Shown: piece by piece, positions 24,483 to 33,524 of the stretch
Layout of the letters: the number at the start of each line of letters is the position of its first letter
How positions within the stretch are numbered: position 1 is the stretch's first letter
Assembly (NCBI GenBank): GCA_037382875.1
Contig: JARRPN010000010.1
Location: 1-35,178, forward strand
Reading direction: 5' to 3'
DNA: 35,178 bases
From: Calditrichaceae bacterium
GTDB taxonomy: Bacteria; Calditrichota; Calditrichia; Calditrichales; Calditrichaceae
Translations under genes and position numbers: made by a program
The notes under the pieces: model-generated
Told to the model about the DNA's origin: nothing
The model's database searches: none
Seen by the model: only the letters and a program-made list of their open reading frames with translations

Positions 24483-26039
24483 CTATCCTTTACTTTCCAG
24501 TTTTACAATAGGAAGAATCATCTCTTCTATAGATACGCCACCATGTTGAAAACTATCTTTATAGTAAGTTAGGTATTTATTATAATTAGTTGGATAGACA
24601 AAATAGAAATCTTCCTTTGCAATGATGTAGCTGGTATTTAATCCTCGTTTAGGCAGTTTCCATTTATAGGGATCTTTAATATAGATAGCATGTTTTCGAT
24701 CGGCTTTTAAACTGCGACCGTACTTATAACGCAGATTAGTTGATGTTTCACGATCACCAATGACCTTAGTCCCGTGTAATCCGCGTATACTGCCATGATC
24801 TGATGTTATAAACGTTGAAGCATCGGTTTCCGCAATTTGTTTAAAAAGCCCCAGTATCGGTGAATGTTGAAACCAGGAACGGGTTAAAGAACGATATGCG
24901 GCTTCATCAGGAACAATATCTTTGAGGATCGGTAGATCCGACCGGCGATGAGCAAGAATATCTACAAAGTTTACAACAATTGCCAATAACTTTGAATCCA
25001 GATAATTGTGCATATTCTTTTCAAGGTTCTTGATATCTTCATTATTCATAATTTTAATATATTTCAGGTCATTTTTTAGATTTAGTCCGGCTCGCTGTAG
25101 TTGTAAATCAAGCAGCTCTTTCTCGTAACGATTCAAACTTTCAACATCTTCATTCAAAGACCAAAGTTCAGGATATTTTATTTCAATTTCATGGGGAAAT
25201 AAACCGCTAAAAATAGCATTGCGTGAAAATGGTGTAGCAGTTGGAAGAATGGAATAATAATAATCCTTTTGAACACGAAAATCATCATAAAAGAATGATT
25301 CTATACTGTAAAACTGATCCGTGCGCATACAGTCAATCACTAAGAATACAACACGATTACCACGTTTTAATTCTGGAATTAAAAATTTCTTTACAATATC
25401 AACTGAAAAAACTGGTCTTTTTTCGACATCCTGTTCATCGATCCAATCGACATAATTTCTTTCTATAAATTTGCCAAATTCTTTGTTGATCTCATTTCGA
25501 TGGTCATACAAAATTTCTCGATAATCAATATCGGTTGAGGTATCTAGATCCATATCCATTCTGAAAAACTTTAATGTATGATCAATCCAGTCTTGTATCG
25601 ATAGGGGATTCATTAAAGATGCAGATATCTGTGCAAATTCCTGGGCATATTGCTGGCTGCGCTTTTCAGTAATAATATCCTTCTTATCTAGTAATTTGCG
25701 GCAAGCCATCAAAATCTGGCTTGGATTGACAGGCTTGGTAAGATAATCATCAATTCGCTTCCCGATTGCCTCTTCCATCAAACTTTCTTCTTCATTTTTT
25801 GTAATCATAATTACCGGCAGCTGAGGTGAATAATCTTTGATCTCATTAAGCGTGGTTAAACCATCTTTCCCGCTCATCATTTCATCGACTAGAACAATAT
25901 CATACTCATTATTTTTTACTTGATAAACAGCATCATCACCATTGGTTACCGTAACAACGTCATACCCCTTTTCGCGCAGAAAAAGGACATGAGCCTGCAG
26001 GATTTCTATTTCATCATCTGCCCAAAGAATTTTTTGCAT
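24483..26039 (-). CDS. porX: PorX-type response regulator (receiver domain fused to PglZ / alkaline-phosphatase-like domain)
   Basis: 518 aa. The N-terminal REC domain is ILWADDEIEILQAHVLFLREKGYDVVTVTNGDDA...DIVLVDEMMSGKDGL...PVIMITKNEEE...DDYLTKPVNPSQIL, closely resembling P. gingivalis PorX as I recall it (also ~518 aa). The remainder is a PglZ-type phosphatase-superfamily domain (VFLVIDCMRTDQ...TSDHGS...HGGVSIEE). Confidence 0.85.
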   Translation of the reverse strand: MQKILWADDEIEILQAHVLFLREKGYDVVTVTNGDDAVYQVKNNEYDIVLVDEMMSGKDGLTTLNEIKDYSPQLPVIMITKNEEESLMEEAIGKRIDDYLTKPVNPSQILMACRKLLDKKDIITEKRSQQYAQEFAQISASLMNPLSIQDWIDHTLKFFRMDMDLDTSTDIDYREILYDHRNEINKEFGKFIERNYVDWIDEQDVEKRPVFSVDIVKKFLIPELKRGNRVVFLVIDCMRTDQFYSIESFFYDDFRVQKDYYYSILPTATPFSRNAIFSGLFPHEIEIKYPELWSLNEDVESLNRYEKELLDLQLQRAGLNLKNDLKYIKIMNNEDIKNLEKNMHNYLDSKLLAIVVNFVDILAHRRSDLPILKDIVPDEAAYRSLTRSWFQHSPILGLFKQIAETDASTFITSDHGSIRGLHGTKVIGDRETSTNLRYKYGRSLKADRKHAIYIKDPYKWKLPKRGLNTSYIIAKEDFYFVYPTNYNKYLTYYKDSFQHGGVSIEEMILPIVKLESKG

Positions 26040-26156
26040 TGCGTGTTCTTATCTCCAAATTATTTTCTATGATAGATAAACAAAGAAAATTTTATTAAAT
26101 CATTACAAACTATGTACATTTTTAATAAACATTTGTTTCATTAAAAATCAGTATAA

Positions 26157-26924
26157 TTATTCTTTCTTTATAAAATGACGCTGTCTGATTATCTCATACA
26201 TGATAACTGCTGCTGAAACGGAAGCGTTGAGCGAATTCAATTTACCGAGCTGCGGGATTGAAATGAGCTCATCACAAACAGTCTGGATATTTTTACGGAC
26301 TCCTTTATCCTCACTGCCGATAACCAATGCTGTTGGATTAGTAAAATCAACCTGGAAAATAGATTGTTTGGCAGATACAGCTGTTGCGAATACAAATATA
26401 CCCTTTTGCTGCAATTGTTCAATAAAAAAGTTAATGTTCTCAGTCTGGTGAATTTTTACTCCAAATAGAGCTCCGGTTGATGTCTTTGCTACGGTTGCAT
26501 TGATGGGAGCACTACCCTTAACCGGTAGGACAATTAAATCAGCATTAGTAATTTCCGATGTTCGAATAATCGCTCCCAGGTTATGAGGATCCTGTATTTG
26601 ATCCAGAATTACAATAAACGGTAATTGGCATTCAGATAAAAATGTATCCAATGATTCAGAATTTACAAAATTATTATAAATAATCTCCGCAGCTATGCCC
26701 TGATGAACGACAGCGCCGACAATTTTCTGAATGTCATTTTTATCAACATAACTAATTCTAACTTTATTCTTTTGAGCTGTTCCTTCAATTTGCCTGATGG
26801 ATTTATCCTTTGTTCCTTTTGCTATCCAAATATTTTGTATATCACTCCCAAAACGCAGAGCTTCAAACACGGGTTGTCGGCCGTAAATGTTTATAAAGAT
26901 TGGAGTGTTGGCACTGTTATTCAT
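26157..26924 (-). CDS. rlmB: 23S rRNA (guanosine-2'-O-)-methyltransferase RlmB (SpoU/TrmH family)
   Basis: 255 aa. The N-terminal substrate-binding domain (IYGRQPVFEAL...) is followed by a SPOUT domain (LDQIQDPHNLGAIIRTSE, VIGSEDKGV, IPQLGKLNSLNASVSAAVIMYE). Confidence 0.78.
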   Translation of the reverse strand: MNNSANTPIFINIYGRQPVFEALRFGSDIQNIWIAKGTKDKSIRQIEGTAQKNKVRISYVDKNDIQKIVGAVVHQGIAAEIIYNNFVNSESLDTFLSECQLPFIVILDQIQDPHNLGAIIRTSEITNADLIVLPVKGSAPINATVAKTSTGALFGVKIHQTENINFFIEQLQQKGIFVFATAVSAKQSIFQVDFTNPTALVIGSEDKGVRKNIQTVCDELISIPQLGKLNSLNASVSAAVIMYEIIRQRHFIKKE

Positions 26925-27112
26925 GTCTTATTCAGAAAAATGTCAATTATATATTATGATAAAATCAAAATAAGTTTAATCAATTGTAATACAATTTCCA
27001 ATTCCAAATTCGATCACCTGGCATTATGCACGACTAGAAAATTCAATTTCATAAAAATAGATTTATTATGTAAATTTCATGTCAAATATCATAGATAATT
27101 ACTGGAGTTTAA

Positions 27113-28194
27113 ATGGAAATAGGAATCGTTGGATTACAATATTCAGGTAAATCAACAATATTCTCTACTTTACTGCAACACGAGTCATCAGATTCCAGCG
27201 GGGGAAAAGAGAGTGCTGAGCGCGGGATTGTTAAAGTGCCCGATGATCGGTTGGATAAACTTACTGAATTAGTCAATCCAAAAAAGCAAACCAATGCTAC
27301 ATTGGAATTCATCAAAGTACCCGGTTTAGATCAGGAAACGAACCAGGGACAGGGATTACCTTCTCAATTTTTAAACAATTTGAAAAATGTGGAAGCGCTT
27401 CTGGTTTTAATCCGCCATTTTGAAAATGAATATCATCCGCATCCTATGGGGCGAATCGATTCTTCAGCGGATATAGAATTGATTAATTCAGAATTTTTGT
27501 TAAGTGATTTAATGCTGGTAGAACAGCGCATTGAACGCCTGCAAAAAATGATTCCGAAAACAAAAAATGAACAGGATAAGCGAGTTCTGGATTTGATGAT
27601 TAAACTAAAGGACCAACTGAATCAGGAAAAGCCGTTACGTGATATGGATTTCAGTGAAGATGAACTTTTATGTTAAAAGCGTATCAGTTCTTGACCATTA
27701 AACCTCTTTTGTATGTGATCAATATTCAGGAAGATCAGATTGAAAACACCGAACAAATCGCAAAAGAACTATCCGGATTTGTTACAAAAAACTGTGCTTT
27801 GACCATTTTGAGCGCTGAAATTGAAAAAGAAATCGCCGAGTTAGAACAGGAAGATGCTGATGTATTCATAGAAGATTTAGGAATTAAAGAACCAGCCATG
27901 TATAAATTAATACGTAAATCCTATGAACTATTAGGTTTGATTTCATTTTTTACTGTAGGCGAAAAAGAATGCCGTGCCTGGACTATCAGAAATGGATCAA
28001 CAGCTCAAAAAGCAGCGGGTGCAATCCACTCCGATTTGGAAAAGGGTTTTATACGGTCAGAAACGGTGCACTATGACGATTTTGTAGTTAATGGATCGTT
28101 AGCAAAATGTAAAGAAAAAGGATTGCTCCGGCTGGAAGGTAAAGAGTATATAGTAAAAGATGGCGATATAATGACAATCCGATTTAATGTATAA
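27113..28194 (+). pseudogene. ychF: redox-regulated ribosome-binding ATPase YchF (Obg family), interrupted as sequenced by a 1-nt frameshift
   Basis: Track ORFs 27113..27676 (G1 motif GIVGLQYSGKSTIF, ...VEQRIERL...) and 27670..28194 (FLTIKPLLYVINIQED...; TGS-like C-terminus RAWTIRNGSTAQKAAGAIHSDLEKGFIRSE...GKEYIVKDGDIMTIRFNV) are colinear with YchF (~363 aa). The second frame has a TGA at 27661..27663 and the first frame stops at 27674..27676. The shift must therefore lie in 27664..27673, which contains the T4 run 27666..27669. Confidence 0.9.
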
Positions 28195-28249
28195 GGTGAT
28201 ATGAACCGATAATAGAATTAAAGACTGATAAAATAAATCTGAGGTTGTA

Positions 28250-29674
28250 ATGGTAGAGGTTGTTGATCTCGGTGTCTTAAACCAGAATGATAAAAGATCT
28301 GCATATATTATTGATACCAATGTGCTTTTGCACGATCCCTCTTCAATATTTCGTTTTGATGAACATATTGTATTAATACCTTTATTTGTACTCGATGAAA
28401 TAGACAGTAAAAAAAGTGATCCTGTCATTGGCTACAATGCAAGGGAGATTAGTCAAAAACTTGAACATCTTCTTGATAAACGGGAAAGCCCATATCATGC
28501 GATCCAAATACCTAATGGTAAAAGTGGCATCTTATTTTTTACAAATGGGTATATGTCTGAAAAATTTCCAAATGAATTATCCTTAAGTTATAAAGATAAT
28601 GCTATCTTATCTCACATAATGGGAATGAAAGAAGCTTTTCCAAATCGTCATTTTAAATTGGTAACCAAAGATCGTAATCTACGAATTAAATCCAGTGCTT
28701 TAGCTATTCCAAATCAGGATTATCTACACGATAAGATTTCTGAAGAATATCTGGCCAGTTTTTTTCAACCGGTCAAAGAGATTCATTTGGATGATGAAGA
28801 AATTAATCAACTATTCAAATCTAAGACTGCTGCAAACTGGTTGATACCTTATAGAAAAAAATGGCATCTGCAGGAAAATGAAGGTGTTACATTATATGAT
28901 CCATCAGGTCAGTTTTTTGGAATGGGGATCCGCAAGGATGATCGCCTTAAATATTTTGATTATCATTCTACAAAAGTATTGGACATGCCCCCAAAAGTTC
29001 TGGATGATACAAAATACACCCATAACTTTGAGCAGTCCGTGTGTATGCAGCAGGCTTTGGATGATGATATAAAAATACAGATTATTATTGGTAAAGCAGG
29101 TACCGGCAAAACCCATATTGCTATGGCTGCTGCCCTTGAAAAAGTATTTAAAGATCGTAAATATGATTCCATTAAATTAATCAAACCAGTCATCACAAAA
29201 AGTCGTCTCGGCGAGGATATAGGATTTCTACCAGGATCGGTTAAGCGAAAACTATTACCTAAAATGCGTCCTTTCGTGGAAAAACTGCGTCAATTTACGA
29301 ATGATGTTGATACGGATGAAGGGTATAAAAAGCTTTTGGACTCTGGAGTGATAGAAATGTTGAATTTGGCTGATATTCGTGGTGCTGATCTGGCTAACTC
29401 ATTTGTCATTTTTGATGAAGCTCAGAATGCCAATCCATTCCAGATGCTCACCCTTGGTACCCGGTTGGGTGAAGATGCAAAACTTATTGTTCTGGGTGAT
29501 CCTACACAAATTGATAGTATATACCTCGATAAATATAGTAATGCCTTAATTAATTTGTATGAAAATGCTCTGCAAAATCCTGCGCCGTTTATTGCTCAAA
29601 TATGTCTTGTGCAAATGGTGAGATCCCATACCTCAAAATGGTTTGAAAATTCGATCCAAATGGCTAAAAAGTAG
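28250..29674 (+). CDS. PhoH2-type protein: N-terminal PIN domain fused to a PhoH-like ATPase
   Basis: 474 aa. PIN-like N-terminus: YIIDTNVLLHDP...LIPLFVLDEID...VTKDRNLRIKS. PhoH ATPase C-terminal half: Walker A GKAGTGKTHIAMAAAL, FVIFDEAQN and LGDPTQID. GAGG SD upstream. Confidence 0.85.
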   Translation: MVEVVDLGVLNQNDKRSAYIIDTNVLLHDPSSIFRFDEHIVLIPLFVLDEIDSKKSDPVIGYNAREISQKLEHLLDKRESPYHAIQIPNGKSGILFFTNGYMSEKFPNELSLSYKDNAILSHIMGMKEAFPNRHFKLVTKDRNLRIKSSALAIPNQDYLHDKISEEYLASFFQPVKEIHLDDEEINQLFKSKTAANWLIPYRKKWHLQENEGVTLYDPSGQFFGMGIRKDDRLKYFDYHSTKVLDMPPKVLDDTKYTHNFEQSVCMQQALDDDIKIQIIIGKAGTGKTHIAMAAALEKVFKDRKYDSIKLIKPVITKSRLGEDIGFLPGSVKRKLLPKMRPFVEKLRQFTNDVDTDEGYKKLLDSGVIEMLNLADIRGADLANSFVIFDEAQNANPFQMLTLGTRLGEDAKLIVLGDPTQIDSIYLDKYSNALINLYENALQNPAPFIAQICLVQMVRSHTSKWFENSIQMAKK

Positions 29675-29684
29675 TTTTATCTGA

Positions 29685-30779
29685 ATGGCAAAAAAACTGA
29701 AAGATATCGATCGAATCCAATTTCAGGATAATCTCTTAAAATGGTTCAGAAAAAACAAACGAAATCTTCCCTGGCGTGAACAAAAGGATTGGTATCCTGT
29801 ATTTCTATCTGAAATAATGTTACAGCAAACGCAAGTTGAACAAGCCTTGCCCTATTATAATAAATTCATTAATCGATTTCCGGATATACATGCCTTAGGC
29901 AAAGCCTCCGAACAAGAGGTTTTATCCCTCTGGGCTGGATTAGGATACTATTCAAGAGCACGCAATATGTTAAAAGCAGCCAAATTGATTGTTTCAGATT
30001 ACAATGCACAGTTTCCCAAAGACTTCAAACATGCATTATCATTATCCGGTATTGGGAAATATTCTGCCTCAGCCATTTTGTCTATTGCCTATAAAAAACC
30101 ATATGCTGTGGTTGATGGAAATGTATATCGGGTGATTTCCAGATTGTTTGTTATTTCGGATGATTTACGGCTTAACGATACGCAGAAAAAAATTCAGCAA
30201 ATTTCAGATCATTTACTATCAAAAAATGATCCGGGTGATTACAATGAAGCGATGATGGAGCTTGGAGCGGTTATTTGTAAGAAGCAAAATCCTGATTGCA
30301 CTCATTGTCCGATTCAGTCATTCTGTGAAGCGTTTAAAACAAATCAACAATTGAGTTATCCCTATAAATCTGCCGCACGAAAAAAACATAAGCTTAATAA
30401 TTATGTATTTATTCTTGAAAGAAATGATAAATATTTGATTGTTCAAAGACCATCTGCTGGCCTACTGGCTTCACTATGGGAATTTCCCGTTACTAATGTA
30501 AAAAAATTGAATCTGAATATTAAAGATGTTGAAACATTATTATGGAAAGAATATAATATCAAAGGCAAATTTATTGTAAAAGGTGATTGCTTTCGTCATC
30601 AATATTCACATATTGATTTAACCTATCAACCTGTTTTAATGAAATCAAATAATGAAAAAATAGGAAATCTTAAAAATTATGTAAATAAAAAATGGATCAT
30701 TTATAGTGATTTAAATAAATTGCCAATACACAATGCTCACCTTAAACTTATTGATTGGCTTAAAAATCTAAACCAATAG
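29685..30779 (+). CDS. mutY: A/G-specific adenine DNA glycosylase MutY
   Basis: 364 aa. Motifs: LPWREQKDWYPVFLSEIMLQQTQV, HhH-GPD region GIGKYSASAILSIAY, VDGNVYRV and the 4Fe-4S cluster loop CKKQNPDCTHCPIQSFC. The C-terminal domain is NUDIX-like. Confidence 0.9.
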   Translation: MAKKLKDIDRIQFQDNLLKWFRKNKRNLPWREQKDWYPVFLSEIMLQQTQVEQALPYYNKFINRFPDIHALGKASEQEVLSLWAGLGYYSRARNMLKAAKLIVSDYNAQFPKDFKHALSLSGIGKYSASAILSIAYKKPYAVVDGNVYRVISRLFVISDDLRLNDTQKKIQQISDHLLSKNDPGDYNEAMMELGAVICKKQNPDCTHCPIQSFCEAFKTNQQLSYPYKSAARKKHKLNNYVFILERNDKYLIVQRPSAGLLASLWEFPVTNVKKLNLNIKDVETLLWKEYNIKGKFIVKGDCFRHQYSHIDLTYQPVLMKSNNEKIGNLKNYVNKKWIIYSDLNKLPIHNAHLKLIDWLKNLNQ

Positions 30780-33453
30780 ATATATAGGCGGCATCAGTAC
30801 CTCGTGTAGTGCGGCCGTATCCAAGATAAAGTGGTCCAAGAAATGTATCAAATGCGATTGCTCCTCCCAGCGCAGAGAAAAAATCATCGGATTTAAATAA
30901 GAGTTCTTTTTTATTCCAAATCCCTGCAAAATCATATCGTATTAATAAATAAGTATCATTTATTAATAGATTATTATTTCCCATATTAAAAGGTAGACGA
31001 TACCGATACTCTGCGCTCGTAGAAAATAACTGGCGGCCATAATATTCATTTTCTATCAAACCAAAGAAACTATGTAAACCTCCTAGTCGAAAATATTCTG
31101 GGAAGGGCAGGGTATTATCTCCGTAACCTACAAACAATTTTAAATGCCATGTATTATAGGCTTGAAACGTATAATAGCCCTCAAGATTAATAAGCGCTTT
31201 TGTATATGATTCTTTAGTTTCTATAACGAGTGGACTTCCTGACTCCCATGCCCAATAATTATAAATACCGGTTGTTGGGAAGTCACGGCGATCACGCTTA
31301 TCAGAAGATGCCTGCAATCGTATGGTACGAAGCTCATTTGACTGGCTATTCTCAAATTCACCGTCATAGAGCTCATCTTCAATATATTCCTGTCTGAATT
31401 CTGCAATTAATTGGCCTAATCTACGAACCTGTCTGCCCAATTGGATTCTTAATCCGGTTCTTTCTTCACGATAGCGCCCTTCGGGATCACCCGGATTTCC
31501 TGCATGATTAATTTCCCATTTGTTATATATTTTAACTCCAAAATTGTAATTGCTCAGAAAAATGCGATCCTCATTAATACCTAATCCAACATAGCCATCA
31601 CGCATACCCATACGAGCTAAAAAATCAACCTGCATTCCGGATCCCCAAATATTTTCATGGCTTAACTCAACATAAGCCTGTATTCGTCGGTCGTTATCAT
31701 ATTTTCCTCCAAGACGCGCTACTATAGGAGATTTTTCATGTACTTTCACCAATAAATTTGTTGATGAATCTGTTTTAACCACATCTACATTTACTCGTTC
31801 AAAGAGGTTGGTAGCATAGACATTTTGAATCGACTGTTGAATAGGTCTCCAATTAAATACTTTATTCTTTTGATATTTAAATTCACGATCGATAACATAG
31901 CTCTTTGTGGATTTATTACCTTCTATTTCTATTTCTTCTATTATGCCTTCATCAATAATTATGTAAAGTGAGCCCACCTGATCATCCCATTTAATTCTAT
32001 CGATGGAAGCTAAAGAGTACCCTTTTTGACGGTATAGATTAATTATATTTTTAATATCATTCTGAAGTTTTTGATAATTTAATTTCTGATTAAGTTGAAT
32101 AGATAAACTGTCCCTGATCTGCTCACCAGATATGACTTTATTTCCACTGATAAAAATATCATGAATAGGGGAAAATTCCTGAAGGTCGCAAGCAATGGAT
32201 ACAAGAGAGTCATGTTGGATTAAATTTGTTTGAATTGATTTATAGTAACCATAATATAAAATCGAATCCATTGCATTAATAATTGAATTCCTATTTGTTT
32301 GAGAATCAACCAGTTCTGAGCAAACGGGAAAGTCATTTATTGACACAGACTGATCATCTATTTTTATCGATATGCTATCTATATGAAAAAGTGTATCTGG
32401 TAAATGAATCGAATAACTTGCAATTTTTCTAATTTTTTGTATCTGCGCTTCTGTGTTTGTTTTGCCGATTTCAATTAAATCATCTATATCCTCAAAACGA
32501 TCACTTGGGAATTTTTCTAAAACCGGTTGTATCACTACATCCGCTTTGCCTCTATCAATTGCAGTTGAACTTGCAGACATGATTGTGGTGGCCTGATCAA
32601 CCAGTTTCCAGGGAACCAAAACATCATCTTTCTCACGTAACCGTGCCGTAGCGTCCACGGCAATTGTTTTCTGAGCACCTTCATCCAAGGCAGCTTGTAC
32701 CGGTAAATTCGATATTAACCCCCCATCTACTAGAAGCATACTGTCTTTTTCAACGGCAGAGAAAAGCAGGGGAACCGCTAATGAAGCATTTATCGCTTCA
32801 GCTAGATTACCGTTTTTCATAATAATCTGTTTGCCGGAAACCAGGTCAGTGGCTACAGCCCGAAAGGGTATCTTTAAATCATCAAAATCATTATAAACCT
32901 GATACCGGGCCCTTAAAAACTGTTCGGATAAAAATGATAAGATTTTTTGTCCAGGCGTAAATGAGGATGGAATAAAGGGACTTAAACCATCGAATCGCAC
33001 TGAAATAAGATATCGGTCTCGTTTATCAATCTGACTGGGGAATAACGTTGTACGCTGGGCACTGTCTTTGTAAATATCATCCCAATTTACGGATTTTAGT
33101 ATTTGTCTTATTTCATCACAGGTATAACCCGATGCGTATAATCCTCCAATTAAGCTGCCGATACTGGTGCCAACAATTAAATCAATTGGTATATTGTTTT
33201 TTTCCAATGCCTCAATCACACCCAGATGAACAAGGCCACGAGCTCCTCCTCCGCTAAGCACTAATCCAATTTTTTCTCGATTCAAAGTTTTCAAATTACT
33301 TTTAATAACAATTTTATTTTCTTCAATCAAAACATCTTTTTTATATATTTCATTTGCTCTTACAGGGAACGAAACATTAATACATAAAATGAACAGGATT
33401 GTCATTGTAAGTATATATGGAAATTTTCTGTAAGAATTTGTAATGTAATTCAT
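30760..33453 (-). CDS. patatin-like phospholipase fused to POTRA + Omp85/BamA-type beta-barrel (PlpD-like, type Vd secretion architecture)
   Basis: 897 aa with a signal/TM segment. Patatin motifs: LVLSGGGARG (oxyanion), GTSIGS (GxSxG nucleophile) and VDGGLISNLP (catalytic Asp). The middle region is POTRA-like (IEIEGNKSTKSYVIDREF...). The C-terminal barrel is a bacterial surface antigen domain ending in the OMP beta-signal ...YISIGLDF. Confidence 0.85.
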   Translation of the reverse strand: MNYITNSYRKFPYILTMTILFILCINVSFPVRANEIYKKDVLIEENKIVIKSNLKTLNREKIGLVLSGGGARGLVHLGVIEALEKNNIPIDLIVGTSIGSLIGGLYASGYTCDEIRQILKSVNWDDIYKDSAQRTTLFPSQIDKRDRYLISVRFDGLSPFIPSSFTPGQKILSFLSEQFLRARYQVYNDFDDLKIPFRAVATDLVSGKQIIMKNGNLAEAINASLAVPLLFSAVEKDSMLLVDGGLISNLPVQAALDEGAQKTIAVDATARLREKDDVLVPWKLVDQATTIMSASSTAIDRGKADVVIQPVLEKFPSDRFEDIDDLIEIGKTNTEAQIQKIRKIASYSIHLPDTLFHIDSISIKIDDQSVSINDFPVCSELVDSQTNRNSIINAMDSILYYGYYKSIQTNLIQHDSLVSIACDLQEFSPIHDIFISGNKVISGEQIRDSLSIQLNQKLNYQKLQNDIKNIINLYRQKGYSLASIDRIKWDDQVGSLYIIIDEGIIEEIEIEGNKSTKSYVIDREFKYQKNKVFNWRPIQQSIQNVYATNLFERVNVDVVKTDSSTNLLVKVHEKSPIVARLGGKYDNDRRIQAYVELSHENIWGSGMQVDFLARMGMRDGYVGLGINEDRIFLSNYNFGVKIYNKWEINHAGNPGDPEGRYREERTGLRIQLGRQVRRLGQLIAEFRQEYIEDELYDGEFENSQSNELRTIRLQASSDKRDRRDFPTTGIYNYWAWESGSPLVIETKESYTKALINLEGYYTFQAYNTWHLKLFVGYGDNTLPFPEYFRLGGLHSFFGLIENEYYGRQLFSTSAEYRYRLPFNMGNNNLLINDTYLLIRYDFAGIWNKKELLFKSDDFFSALGGAIAFDTFLGPLYLGYGRTTRGTDAAYISIGLDF

Positions 33454-33524
33454 TCTTTTGATCTGTGAGTTAAACCATTGATGCAGTTTAAGTTAAATAA
33501 ATAGGGAATATATGAAAAGTTATT

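Noticed and set aside
24483-26039. The PglZ domain could indicate a BREX/Pgl phage-defence locus.
   Set aside because: The PglZ domain is fused to an N-terminal receiver domain and the protein is colinear with PorX. No pglX methyltransferase, brxC/pglY ATPase, brxL or other BREX genes are present in the window, and the neighbours are tsaE and rlmB.
26703-27098. 131-aa + strand ORF spanning the rlmB 5' end and the rlmB/ychF spacer.
   Set aside because: It overlaps rlmB in antisense, has a low-complexity Asn/Ile/Phe/Cys-rich translation, has no SD, and would occupy the divergent promoter region.
28099-28428. 109-aa - strand ORF bridging the ychF 3' end and the PhoH2 5' end.
   Set aside because: It is antisense to two well-supported genes and its sequence is Ser/Ile/Phe-rich and low-complexity.
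28250-29674. The PIN domain could be a VapC-type toxin of a toxin-antitoxin pair.
   Set aside because: The PIN domain is fused in one 474-aa polypeptide to a PhoH-like P-loop ATPase, which is the conserved PhoH2 architecture. No small upstream antitoxin ORF is present.
30760-33453. The patatin-like phospholipase could be a CBASS or other defence effector.
   Set aside because: It is fused to POTRA and an Omp85 barrel with a signal peptide, which is the PlpD / type Vd secretion layout. No cyclase, CD-NTase or sensor genes are adjacent.
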